The position numbers and the translations under genes are program-made. Below the pieces are notes generated by a model, which did not search any database, had not been told where the DNA came from, and saw only the letters and a program-made list of their open reading frames with translations. A stretch of DNA of 63,153 nt, filler included, from Folioceros fuciformis (Eukaryota), in NCBI GenBank assembly GCA_049999805.1. It is 4 parts of 3 records of this genome, joined end to end, with 100 filler letters (N's around TTAATTAATTAA, not from the genome) between each part and the next. Parts side by side here need not be neighbours in the genome. Positions count along the whole stretch, not along the records: positions 1 to 15,918 come from JBNGIO010005798.1; positions 16,019 to 38,666 come from JBNGIO010005799.1; 2 more parts are not named here. One strand, written 5' to 3'. Below, piece by piece: positions 13,001-22,800 of the stretch (its first letter is position 1; each line of letters begins with the position of its first letter).

Positions 13001-14228
13001 GTCCCTCAGGAGCAAGGACGATACGATCCACTTTCTCCAGAAACATATTGTTGCAGAGCTGAGAGCATTTTGTGCTTCTCCTGAAGGTAGTCCTGGAGTT
13101 CAGCTTGTGGAAGGGATCATTAGGACCGAGTGTGTAGAGAAGCTCACACCTTGTATTCACCGACACAATCAATCAGTTGTCACACACAGGTTGATGGAGT
13201 CCTTTTTCAAAAGCCTGCAGACCTCTCAGATTTCCTCCGGTTCGGATCTGCCTCCTCACTTCCATGTCTGGCCAGCTGCAGAAAAGCCTGAAGCCAGTCT
13301 ACGCTGTGCACAAGAGGATGCCAGAAACTTCTTAAGTAGCGGTGAGGCTGAACATGTTTTGAAGACGTGGCGGACAGGACTACCGCGCAATGCAACGAGT
13401 GGCCCTTCAGCTGGGTCAAGTCACTCACAGGGATCGCCTTACATGGAGTCAGTGCAGGAACTATCATATCCAAACCAAAGGGTGAAAGTAGGTGAGCGGA
13501 GAGGTCTGGCAATGGTTGTAAGTATGGAAGAAAACAGACCTGGAGGAGCAGCAGACAGGGGGCGACTTCACGCTCTGCTCGAGAACTTGAAGTTTGATAC
13601 GGACATCGTGGTGAACCGTCCTCCTGAGGAAGTGAAATCAATGTTGGGAAAACTTCTCAGGGTCCCTCACCTAGCAAAAGACGACTGCTTTCTGTTTTGC
13701 GTGAACGCCCATGGTGGGACTGATGAAGACGGAAGGCAGTATGTTTGCTCAGGTGAAGCAGACAAGGCGGAGAAGCTTTATGTTGAAGATATTTTGAAGC
13801 CCATCGCTGAATGCCAGTATTTGGCACACAAGCCTAAGGTGGTTGTCATAAATGCTTGTCGAGGAACTGGCCGTCTTGTCAAAGGCATGAAAGCACAGGG
13901 GTCGGGCCCCGCCGACCTTGCCACTACCAGCAAAGCCGAGGGGTCAGAGGTTGAGGGAAGCCAGGGTCTCAACAAGAGAACTCGACCCTTGTATCAGGCG
14001 AAAGATATTCTCACCGTCTTCTCTACCAGTCCTGGAGATTTATCCTTCAGAAATGTGGAGGAAGGCACAAACTTCATCGTAGCTTTCATGAGAGCCATCA
14101 TTGACCACTCTGGTACCGAAGATGTGTCGAGCATTCTAACAAGAGTGACTCGCGAGGTCACCGAAATGCAGAACGTGCAGTGTCCCCAGGTCCTCAGCAC
14201 ACTGACTGGAAAGCTATACTGGTCTTAA
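10029..14228 (+). CDS. TORNADO1-like LRR-Roc-COR (ROCO) protein with C-terminal caspase-like (peptidase C14) p20/p10 domain
   Basis: RI-type LRRs (~10280-11310). Roc motifs: P-loop GAPYAGKTT (11391), RTEGIEI, WDLAGQ (11661), VTHKD (11901). TRN1-like COR motifs: FWLRFVHSNS, MMRLNLCY, YVGRRLQC..FLGPGFFPRFQ, VEGIIRTECV. C-terminal ~240 aa: RGLAMVV..NRPG, FCVNAHGG, KPKVVVINACRG, DILTVFSTSPGDLSFRN..GTNFI, ILTRVTREV, QCPQVLSTLTGKLYW. Probable in-frame 96-bp intron at 12729-12824. Confidence 0.9.
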   Translation: MAERKNYHWRKLPDMLQVLLKLLKGQALTHLPDLGRKEYGDFFIEGASTSRDGRHWRVRKRVLTAIGQCHSLVSPFISPCWEIGIVREDECAVLLEGLASNPSLEALDLEGCRGFGRLVACKALGQLIASSRSLRRLDIPLIGLDAAGLGALVDGFNQDSVLEYLDIRRNSVGDGEGAQHLARMLATASRLNYLDLRHIGMDEAGAQCIANALPLCASLRGLCLDDEYPDERDVVTGSVQGSLGPMSTVLKLAFTRAEADAPISGVTELWLPISNREEPGLADALAGMLRTNDRITQLSISVFVVKFGVDAWRHNSTLSKLMLLDYQGDESFSEFSMSFLECKSLRILCFFQVNCPSFMKALVQTLEKNTSLNELCFERGWGLDDELFRELMQSLQVNTTLLKIDITDSNWGREGKQAIINATLARNVSHRAYWPLLLEGQEVVKPRVGRLFLCGAPYAGKTTLRNSMITAWRASQPHTSHSTGATSANRVQLWERLFRAWNGSWFGNVPLTGAESSNQVGIVPRTEGIEIEVLRNDDEMEITIWDLAGQAHYRALQDYLFPSFNQTCVFLFTFNPLDAHKPGEPFLSDEMLLDKFRKGFKFWLRFVHSNSRNVGSCLPRVFVVVTHKDRMEDLDAKYLVGLLQPVVEELAKTFGEVLLIRTMPFFMDARSKQTVQPLLEQLFQSFQELFTLPLFWVPKACNRLSAALTHWVSQNPARPLVTTERCKKVFEEDDEQRLQAILAYLHNAGRVIWFRDADADAVVVNPHWISHSFLGHLIERLAGQRSLGRSRDRGFVAEDLLNDTLARILKDTHAADRIRVEDLVSLMMRLNLCYRDDAHPRPGFFVPFTLDDAEGKACRGERQLHWDGVTAGQYIYVGRRLQCRDETKTFLGPGFFPRFQVRYVVNCLCRSVASVLSSLGFPDKIVNGCALQVKLRQILFDGVSGMESHQYSIARNLITFKYGGMDVFLESSGDIGEETGDIGDRVDILMRSLRSKDDTIHFLQKHIVAELRAFCASPEGSPGVQLVEGIIRTECVEKLTPCIHRHNQSVVTHRLMESFFKSLQTSQISSGSDLPPHFHVWPAAEKPEASLRCAQEDARNFLSSGEAEHVLKTWRTGLPRNATSGPSAGSSHSQGSPYMESVQELSYPNQRVKVGERRGLAMVVSMEENRPGGAADRGRLHALLENLKFDTDIVVNRPPEEVKSMLGKLLRVPHLAKDDCFLFCVNAHGGTDEDGRQYVCSGEADKAEKLYVEDILKPIAECQYLAHKPKVVVINACRGTGRLVKGMKAQGSGPADLATTSKAEGSEVEGSQGLNKRTRPLYQAKDILTVFSTSPGDLSFRNVEEGTNFIVAFMRAIIDHSGTEDVSSILTRVTREVTEMQNVQCPQVLSTLTGKLYWS

Positions 14229-14907
14229 CCACTCCATTCTCTACACATGCCTGGTTGGCTAGCGTGAGGAGCGTGTATTGCCTTCCCTCAAGTGTGAGGT
14301 ATCAAGTGTCTCTCTATCTACACATACTGTACTGCCTGTTTGTTGGTGTGTCAAACTGCTTCTGATCAGACCGTCTCTCGTCTCCTCCCGTTCTCTGTCT
14401 GTTCGGCAAGACGTTCTCTCACAGGGTCCTGTCCTGGTGTGGATCAACAGATGATCGGTCGTGGAGGCCATGTGTAGGGAGGGAAGAGGACGAAAGGTTC
14501 CAAACATGCTGAAAGTGGCAAGAGAGGATGAGACTGTGTTTCCTCTCCTTGTTTGGCACACACTGATAGGATAATTGCATAGTTTGTGTGAATGGAAGAG
14601 TTGCATAGTTTGTATGGGTAGTGGACGTTAGTTTGTGTAGTCCTTCCCTGCGCTCTGCCGAAGAATCGACTTCGGCGTGCTTGCCTTTATGTTTACGGTA
14701 GCTGAGCTAAACTGAGTCCAACGGGAGGCAGACCTTTTGATGCACACACAATTCAGAACGACATACAGACTGTTTCTCATTCGAATACGCAATCTGACTT
14801 CTCTCCGTCTGGCAGGCATGATGTATGTTTTCAAGGTACAAATGATGTGGGATTTGAAGCAAACCAGACGGGCAGTGTCATGAGAGGAAAAAGGTCCAAA
14901 GGAAGGG

Positions 14908-15484
14908 ATGACGATAGCTTTCTGTTTTGCAGATGAAGAAGATGGTAGAGAGTATGTTTGCGTAGGTGAAGCAGACAAGGCGGAGAAGCTTCGTGTTGAA
15001 GAAGTTATTTCGAAGCCTATCGCTGAATTTCGAAGGCGGGAATTTGACAAACAAGCCTAAGGTGGTTGTCACAAATGTTTGTCGAGGCACTGGCAGTCTT
15101 GCCAAAAGCGTGAAAGCGCAGGGTTCAGGCACCGCTAACCTTGCGACTAGCAGCAATGCCATGTGCTCAGACGTTGAGGAAAGCCAGGGTCCCAGCAAGA
15201 GAATTCGACCCCTGTATTATGCGAGCGACTTTCTCACCGTTTACTCGACCAGTGCTAGAGACGAATCTTTGAGAGATGTCAAGAAAGGCCCAAACTTCAT
15301 CGTAGCTTTCATGAACGCCATCATTGATCAGTATTCAACAGAAGATGTGGTGAGCATTCTAACAAGAGTGCATGGCAAGGTCCAGCGCATGGAGAGATGG
15401 CAACAAACTCAAGAAGGATGGCAGAAGTGATTGCAATGTCCCCAGTTCGTCAGCACACTTAGTAAAAAGCTACACTGGTCTTAA
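14908..15484 (+). pseudogene. Degenerate tandem copy 2 of the caspase-like domain
   Basis: Nucleotide similarity to 13680-14228. Encodes KPKVVVTNVCRG, DFLTVYSTS, GPNFIVAF, ILTRV and QCPQFVSTLSKKLHWS*. The catalytic-His segment is deleted, there is a frameshift near 15030, and an in-frame TGA lies at 15428. Confidence 0.85.
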
Positions 15485-15507
15485 CCATTTCATTCCCTAA
15501 CCTTGTA

Positions 15508-15918
15508 AGACAGCCATTGCTCTGTGTTGTGCGTCAATGTCCATCGTCGAACTGAAGAAGATGGTAGACAGTATGTTTGCTTAGGTGAAGCAGACAAGGC
15601 CGAGAAGGTTTATGTTGAAGATGATATTTGTGAAGCCCATCTCAGACTGCAGATATTTTGCAAACAAGGCAGGTGCATGACATCAGAGGCCAACAATGAA
15701 GGTGCTTGTCATAAATGCATGTCGAGCCACTGGCAGCAGTCTTGTCAAAAGGATGGAAAAGCAGGGTGAGGCACCGCCAACCCTGCCACTGGCAGCAAAG
15801 CTGACGGGTCTGGTGTTGAGGAAAGCCAGGTGCCAGCACGAGAATTCGACTCCTTCATTCTTTGAGCGATGTTCTGGTGGTTTCTCCACGAGTCCTGGAG
15901 GTAAATCTTTTGGAGATG
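15508..15918 (+). pseudogene. Degenerate tandem copy 3 of the caspase-like domain (runs into scaffold end)
   Basis: CVNVHRRTEEDGRQYVCLGEADKAEKVYVED and KVLVINACRATG lie in different frames; FSTSPG precedes the gap. Confidence 0.85.
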
Positions 15919-16018
15919 NNNNNNNNNNNNNNNNNNNNNNNNNNNNNNNNNNNNNNNNNNNNTTAATTAATTAANNNNNNNNNNNNNNNNNNNNNNNNNN
16001 NNNNNNNNNNNNNNNNNN
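15919..16018. other. Artificial scaffold linker (N44-TTAATTAATTAA-N44)
   Basis: Identical 100-bp construct occurs three times; it carries stops in all six frames. Confidence 0.95.
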
Positions 16019-16870
16019 ATTTTTTTTAAGTGACAATAGGTGCGTGTTTTTTTTTTTACACTATGAAATTCTTGGTTGGACGATGGCCGGGCTCGTTGAA
16101 TTGCCAACAAGATTCTCCAGGCAGGAGCTCCGATTATAGGCAGGCTGGATCGCCCAGGGCGCGCGCAGTTGCTGGCTGACTAAAAGGCTGGAATGCGCTC
16201 GCTACTGCGCAATTTCTGGTCTGGTTCTCTGCAAGATCGGGCAGCAATTTGAGGCGTGTCTGGATCTTGGCTGGCATATTAGGGCGTGGCCGACTGGGCA
16301 ATCTGGCACGGTTGGGCAATCCAACGCTGCTGGGCAATCTAGCGGGGCTGATTGTGGCTTGTTTGCTGCAAATCGGGAGCACAAAGTGGCAGGCGCGCTG
16401 GTTTTGGCGTATGAAGACTTAAGCGCGGGGGGTAGCGCGGCCGGCTAACCGGAATCCTCGCGCGCTCACAACGGCCTCGGCGGGGCCGTCCGGACCAATG
16501 GGCCCGTGCCCTTTATTATCCATTTATCCTTATTTATATTAGTTTTATGGGGGGGGCTTGTCACCGGCCACCCATCCTAGTACTGATTCGATGGTTGCTG
16601 CTTAACTATCCACTATTACTACTTTTTTTTTTCAAAAGAGGAGGGCCTATAACTGGCTCCTCATCCTGATACTGATTTGGGCCTGAGCTGCTTAGTAGTG
16701 GAGTTCTTATAGAGGCCAGCATTTAGCCCCCATCTCTCCACTCCATGTTATATGAGGTATACAGTATTGCATTTGTCTTCTTCAAAATTTTTAATCAAGT
16801 GGGAGCCAATACATCTCTTAGGTCTTATTTTACAGCGAGACTTCACCCCTATATTCATAGCGAGTGGGAG

Positions 16871-17130
16871 TGATGAAATAGGTCTAGATTTAGGGCCCTT
16901 TTCATTAGGGCCTCATAACATTAAATATAATTATCTACCTATGGTTATTTAGGTAGTTAGAAGTTATATTGGTTATATCGGTTATAACCGTTTACGGTTA
17001 TAACTACTTTCCGTTACAACCACTTATGGCTGTAACCGCCCAGCCTATTTAAAGGCTTGTACTTTACTCATTATTTACTCAATTACATTGTTTCTTCTTC
17101 TTCCTATCTGAGAGCTACCGATTCTCATCA
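16871..17130 (+). mobile_element. 3' LTR (260 bp) of an LTR element abutting, probably nested in, the Copia remnant
   Basis: TGATGA...TCATCA termini; purine tract AGCGAGTGGGAG immediately upstream; TATTTAAA inside. Confidence 0.65.
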
Positions 17131-19865
17131 TACAATGCACACTCGGTTGATGAGGAGGACGTTGTACCTGACCCTGAACAACACCTCAAACCTGACCCTA
17201 CTCTAGAACCAACCCTAAGACGATCCACACGCCGTAGGCCACCCCCAGACTAGTAGTTAGAACCTCATACCAATCAGTCGATTTTCTCACTTCTTCAGCA
17301 GTCTTTGGTGCGACTCAAAACATACTCCTTGTTGAGGAACCCTCATCCTACAAGGAAGCCCTTCGAGGCCTAGATTGCTCCAAGCGGCAGGCAGCAGTGG
17401 AGGAAGAATACCAGTCTCTGCTCAAGAACAAGACCTGTCAAATTGCTGACCTCCCACCTGGACGCAAAGCCATCTCATGTAAGTGGGTTTTTAAACTTAA
17501 ACTAAATGCTAAAGGGGAGATTGCCAGATACAAAGCTAGGTTGGTGGCAAGAGGCTTCACCCAGGTTAAGGGCCTGGATTACGAGGAAACATTCTCACCT
17601 GTCGTTTGAGCACAGTCCATTCGCATCCTGCTGGCACTTGCAGCAGAGTTGGACCTCGACCTACAGCAAATGGACGTATGCACTGCTTACCTCTATGGAG
17701 ACCTGGATGAAGATCTGTTCATGGCACAGCCTGAAGGATATGAAGATCTTGAACAACCTACTAAAGTACTTAAACTGCTTAAATGCATATATGGGTTAAA
17801 ACAAAGTGGCCGAGTATGGTATATCACCATGCATATTTACCTACTGAGCCTCTCTTTCGTTCAAAGCGCAGCATACTCCAATGTCTACCGACTCAGCCAA
17901 GGAGGCAACTTCGTCATACTTGCCTAATATGTCGATGACGTTATCCTCGTCACAAACAGTAACGCCCTATTAGATGAGGTTAAGCAAAAACTCAGCACTA
18001 AGTTCGAGATGAAAGACATCGGAGAACTTAAATATTGTTTGGGAGTACAGATTTTAAGAGTAAGAGAGGAGGGTTTGCTAATAGTTCACCAGTACAAATA
18101 CATCAGTGATATCTTGCGAAAGTTTAAACTTGATGAAGCCAGACCCACAACTACCCCTTGTGTTATGGGTGTGAAGCTTACCAGTCTTTAGTGCCCCCAA
18201 TCTCAGGAAGAAGTTGAGGACATGAAAGGTGTCCCATACAGGCACGCAGTCGGCAGCCTGATCTTCTTAGCCAACTGGACAAGGCCAGATATCCAGTACT
18301 CTATGAGCATAGTATTCCGGTTCCTGGAAAATCCGGGGGGAACCCACTGGGCCGCTGTCAAGCGCATTTTCCGCTACCTCAAAGGAACCCACAAGTATGG
18401 TCTTTTCTATCGAAGGACTGGACAATCGAAACTTACCCTTAGGGGATCCACAGATGCCGACTGGACGTCGGACAGTGATTCCAGGAAAAGTCTCTCCACA
18501 TACTGCTTCTTGTTGACATCCGCTGTTGTGAACTGGTCGTGCAAGAAGCAATCTTTTATAGCCCTGTCATCCACAGAAGCAGAATATAAATCATTGACAG
18601 ATCCTTCAAAAGGAGGTTGAATGGGAAAGAACTTTCCTCCATGATCTTGACCAGACCCAACAAGCACCTACCCCTATCATGTGTGATAACATGTCTGCCC
18701 TAGCCCTTGTTGCTAACCCATGCTTCTACGCCTGCACTAAGCACATAGAAATACAACACCACTATATTAGAGATGTGGTGGAGGGAGAAGTTGTAAAAGT
18801 GGGTTATGTGCATACAGATTCAAATGTCGCAGATGTGTTGACAAAAGGACTGGCAAAGCACAAACATTACCAACACCTTGCAAGGCTAGGCCTAGATGAT
18901 TACACGAAATACTTTAGATGACTTATCTTAGGTTGTGGGGTGGGGTGGGAACCCGAAGGTTCCCTAGGAAATGATGTTGTGCCTTTAGTCTTCTTCGAAG
19001 GCACACAAGAGCTGCAGACACCACATGCATTTCCAAGTTATTGAAACAACAAAGGGAGATGGATAGCCTTGCAAAGGAGGATGAAGCAAACCTTAAGACC
19101 TAATCTCCTGGCAACGCGACGCGTCTCCTATACAATAGACTTCACCCCCTGCTCTACGTCACCTGGCGGCGGTACCCTCCTACTAGCCAGCATAGATTCC
19201 AGCTCTGCTATCCTCTCCATTGCAGCCTTGAGCTTGGCAGCTAGGATTGGAGCCGCATGCAGAGAGTAGTGCATCCTCGCTAGACGCTCCAGCTCCCCCG
19301 TTCTCTCTGCTTCCCTAGTTCCTGAAAAAGGCCCATGGTTGGAGACAGCGAAGCTATTGATACTGGCCGCCAATTGTTCCAGAGTGGGACATGGCGCCCC
19401 TGGAGGTGACTTCAAATCAGCAGCCGCATCTCCCCTGTGGATGCTCCTTCCCCTTTGCCTTCTCTGATGCGTTAAAGAACATTCGTAGTTTACTCCCCCT
19501 AGCGTCTTCATGTCTCCAGCTACCCACGCAAAGTGATGCCTCAGAACGATAGCGAAAGCAAGGTCAAAAATTGAGATTGTGAAAATAGTGCTTTAGGAAA
19601 TGTTTGCGGCGACGAGAAACCAAGGCTGACCCGAGAATGTTAGTATAGTGATAGCGCGAAATCGAACGTAACGAATTCGCGTGGTGTGAACATGTTTAAT
19701 CTAACTAAGCCTACCTTTAGAGGGAGTGTTAACAGTGAAAGGATTAGGCTAGTTAGGGTTAGAAATATGAAACGACACCTAGAGTCACATATATAGTGAA
19801 CAAGATGTGAACTCAATTTTTAATTTCTTTATTTACAATGCAATTTGTTCTTTTCACTCCTAACA
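17131..19865 (+). mobile_element. Ty1/Copia LTR retrotransposon 3' half (degenerate RT + RNase H, PPT, 3' LTR 19727-19865)
   Basis: CKWVFKLK..RYKARLVARGF, QMDV, YGLKQSGR, YVDD, TDADW, ALSSTEAEY, KHIEIQHHYIRD and NVADVLTK, with several stops. PPT AGAGGGAG is followed by TGTTA...TAACA (139 bp). Confidence 0.9.
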
Positions 19866-19879
19866 AAACAAACATTCTT

Positions 19880-22800
19880 CCCGCTCGTCCTCGCCGCTCT
19901 CGTTGCTCTCTTCGCTTTGGAGCTCGTGGCTCCTGCCGCTCTCGCCATTCTCTCCACTCTCGAGCTCGTTGCTCCCGCCGCTCTCGAGGTGGTCGCTCTC
20001 GCTGCTATCGCCGCTCTTGAGGTGGTCGCTCCCGTTGCTCCCGCCGCCCTCGAGGTGGTCGCTCCCGTCGCTCCCGCCGCCCTCGAGGTGGTCGCTCCCT
20101 TCGCTCCCGCCGCCCTCGAGGTGGTCGCTCCCGTCGCTCCCGCCGCCCTCGAGGTGGTCGCTCCCGTCGCTCCCACCGCCCTCGAGGTGGTCGCTCCCTT
20201 CGCTCCCGCCGCCCTCGAGGTGGTCGCTCCCGCCGCTCCCGCCGCTCCTGGAGCTCGTCGCTTCTACCGCTGCTACAATTCATCACTCCCACCACTCTTG
20301 GAGCTCGTCGCTCCCGCCACTCCTAGAGCTCTGTACTCTTCGCTCATCGCTTGCCGCTCTCAAGCTCTGTGCTCTACACTCATCGCTTGCCGCTCTAGAG
20401 CTTTGTGCTCTTCGCTCATCACTTGCTGCTCTAGAGCTCAATGCTCTTCACTCATCGCTTGCCGCTCTGGAGCTTGGTGCTCTTCACTCATCGCTTGCCG
20501 CTTTCGAGCTCGGTGATCTTCGCTCATCGCTTGCCGCTCTCAAGCTGAGTGCTCTTCCCTCATCGCTAGTCGCTTTGGAGCTCAGTGCTCTTCGCTTGCC
20601 GCTGTGGAGCTCGGAGCTCATCGCTTGCCGCTCTGGAGCTCGGTGCACTTTGCCCANNNNNNNNNNNNNNNNNNNNNNNNNNNNNNNNNNNNNNNNNNNN
20701 NNNNNNNNNNNNNNNNNNNNNNNNNNNNNNNNNNNNNNNNNNNNNNNNNNNNNNNNCGTCGCTTGCCGCTCTGGAGCTCGGTGCTCTTCGCCCGTCGCTT
20801 GCCGCTCTGGAGCTCGGTGCTCTTCGCCCGTCGCTTGCCGCTCTGGAGCTCGGTGCTCTTCGCCCGTCGCTTGCCGCTCTGGAGCTGTGTGCTCTTCGCC
20901 CGTCGCTTGCCGCTCTGGAGCTGTGTGCTCTTCGCCCATCGCTGGCCGCTCTGGAGCTGTGTGCTCTTCGCCCGTCGCTTGCCGCTCTGGAGCTCGGTGC
21001 TCTTCGCCCATCGCTTGCCGCTCTGGAGCTGTGTGCTCTTCGCCCGTCGCTTGCCGCTTTGGAGCTGTGTGCTCTTCGCCCATCGCTGGCCGCTCTGGAG
21101 CTGTGTNNNNNNNNNNNNNNNNNNNNNNNNNNNNNNNNNNNNNNNNNNNNNNNNNNNNNNNNNNNNNNNNNNNNNNNNNNNNNNNNNNNNNNNNNNNNNN
21201 NNNNNNGCTCTGGAGCTGTGTGCTCTTCGCCCATCGCTGGCCGCTCTGGAGCTCTGTGCTCTTTGTTCATCGCTTGCCGCTCTCGAGCTCTGTGCTCATT
21301 GCTCGCCGCTCTCGAGCTCTGTGCTCGTTGCTCTCGTCGCTCTTGAGCTTGTCGCTGTCGGCGCTCTCGAGCTCGTGGCTTTCGTAGCTCTCAAGCTTGT
21401 CGCTCTCACCGCTCTCGAGCTTGTGGCTTTCGTAGCTCTCGAGCTCGTCGCTCTCACCGCTCTTGAGCTCGTGGCTCTCACTGCTCTTGATCTCATGGCT
21501 CTCGCCGCTCTCGAGCTCTATGCTCTCGCCACTCTTGAGCTCGTGGCTCTTGTAGCTCTCGAGCTCGTCGCTCTCGCCGATCTGGAGCTCTGTACTCGTT
21601 GCTCCGCGCTCTCGAGCTTGTCGCTCTTGCCGCTCTCGAGCTCATCACTTGCTACTGGCCAGCTGCCGCTGTTGAGCTCTGTGCTCGTTGCTCCGCGCTC
21701 TTGAGCTTGTCGCTCTTGCCGCTCTCGAGCTCATCGCTCGCTACTGACTTGCTGCCACTGTCGAGCTCTGTGCTCGTTGCTCCGAGCTCTCGAGCTTTTC
21801 CCTCTTGCTGCTCTCGAGCTCATTGCTCGCTACTGGCCAGTTGCCGCCGTCGAGCTCGTCGCCCGTCGCCCGCTGTTGTCGAGCTTGTCGGCTATCGTTA
21901 TTGAGCCCATCGCCTGTCGGTTGCCGCCATCACCCGCCGCCCACTGCTCACCGCCCTTCGGCCATCACCCGTCGCCCGTCACTCTTGCGCGCTCCGTGGT
22001 CACTGCCCGCACTCCCGCACTCTACGCTCCGTGGTCGCCGCCCGCTCGCGCGCACTCTGCGCTCTGGGGTCGCTGCTTGCTCACCCGCACTCTGCGCTCT
22101 GTGGTCACCGCCTGCTCGCCCGCACTCTGCGCTCTGTGGTCGCCGCCTACTCGCTTGCGCTCTGTGCTTTGTCCTTATTGCCCGCTCACCGGCGCTCTGC
22201 GCTTTGTCCTCACCGCTCGCTCACCGGCGGTTTGCGCTTTGTCCTCACCGCCCGCTCGCCCACTTCCAAGCTTTGTGCTTGCCTGATCATAGGGTGGTCG
22301 CTTACTAGGTGCTTGCTCAAATGCTAGGTGCTCACTTATTGGGTGCTCGCTCAATCGGTGGGTAGTCGCTTGGTGACTTCTTTGTGCTTGCTTAGTCGTT
22401 GGGTGGCCGCTTGCTTTGTGCTTGCTTGGTGACTGCTTGGGGCTCGCTCGGTCACTGCTTGGTGCTTTCTCAATTATTGCTTGGTGCTTTCTCAGTCACT
22501 ACTTGGTGCTTGCTCAGTCACTACTTGGTGCTTAGTCGCTCACTGCCCGCTCGCTCTATCGTTTGATGGTCACTTGCTCGGTAGCCGCTTGCTCGGTAGT
22601 TGCTTGCTTAGTAGCCGCTTGCTCCATGGCCACTTGCTCGGTGGCCGCTTGCTCCATGGTCGCTTGCTCGGTGGCCGCTTGCTCGGTGGCCGCTTGCTCG
22701 GTGGTTGCTTGCTCGATGGCTACTTGCTTCGTGGCCATTTGCTCGATGGCNNNNNNNNNNGTTGCTTGCTCGATGGCTACTTGCTTCGTGGCCATTTGCT

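Noticed and set aside
10046-14200. Antisense and alternate-frame ORFs over the ROCO gene (likewise over the PPR, CHR and hAT genes)
   Set aside because: Shadow ORFs of GC-rich coding sequence.
13497-14228. Interpretation as an ordinary plant metacaspase
   Set aside because: It lacks the metacaspase YSGHG and D(S/A)CHSG motifs and the acidic S1 residues, and instead has caspase-style NACRG and p10 motifs. This still needs HMM and phylogenetic confirmation.
15919-16018. TTAATTAATTAA palindrome within N runs (also at 38711 and 59388)
   Set aside because: Artificial scaffold-joining linker; no gene-neighbourhood inference is made across it.
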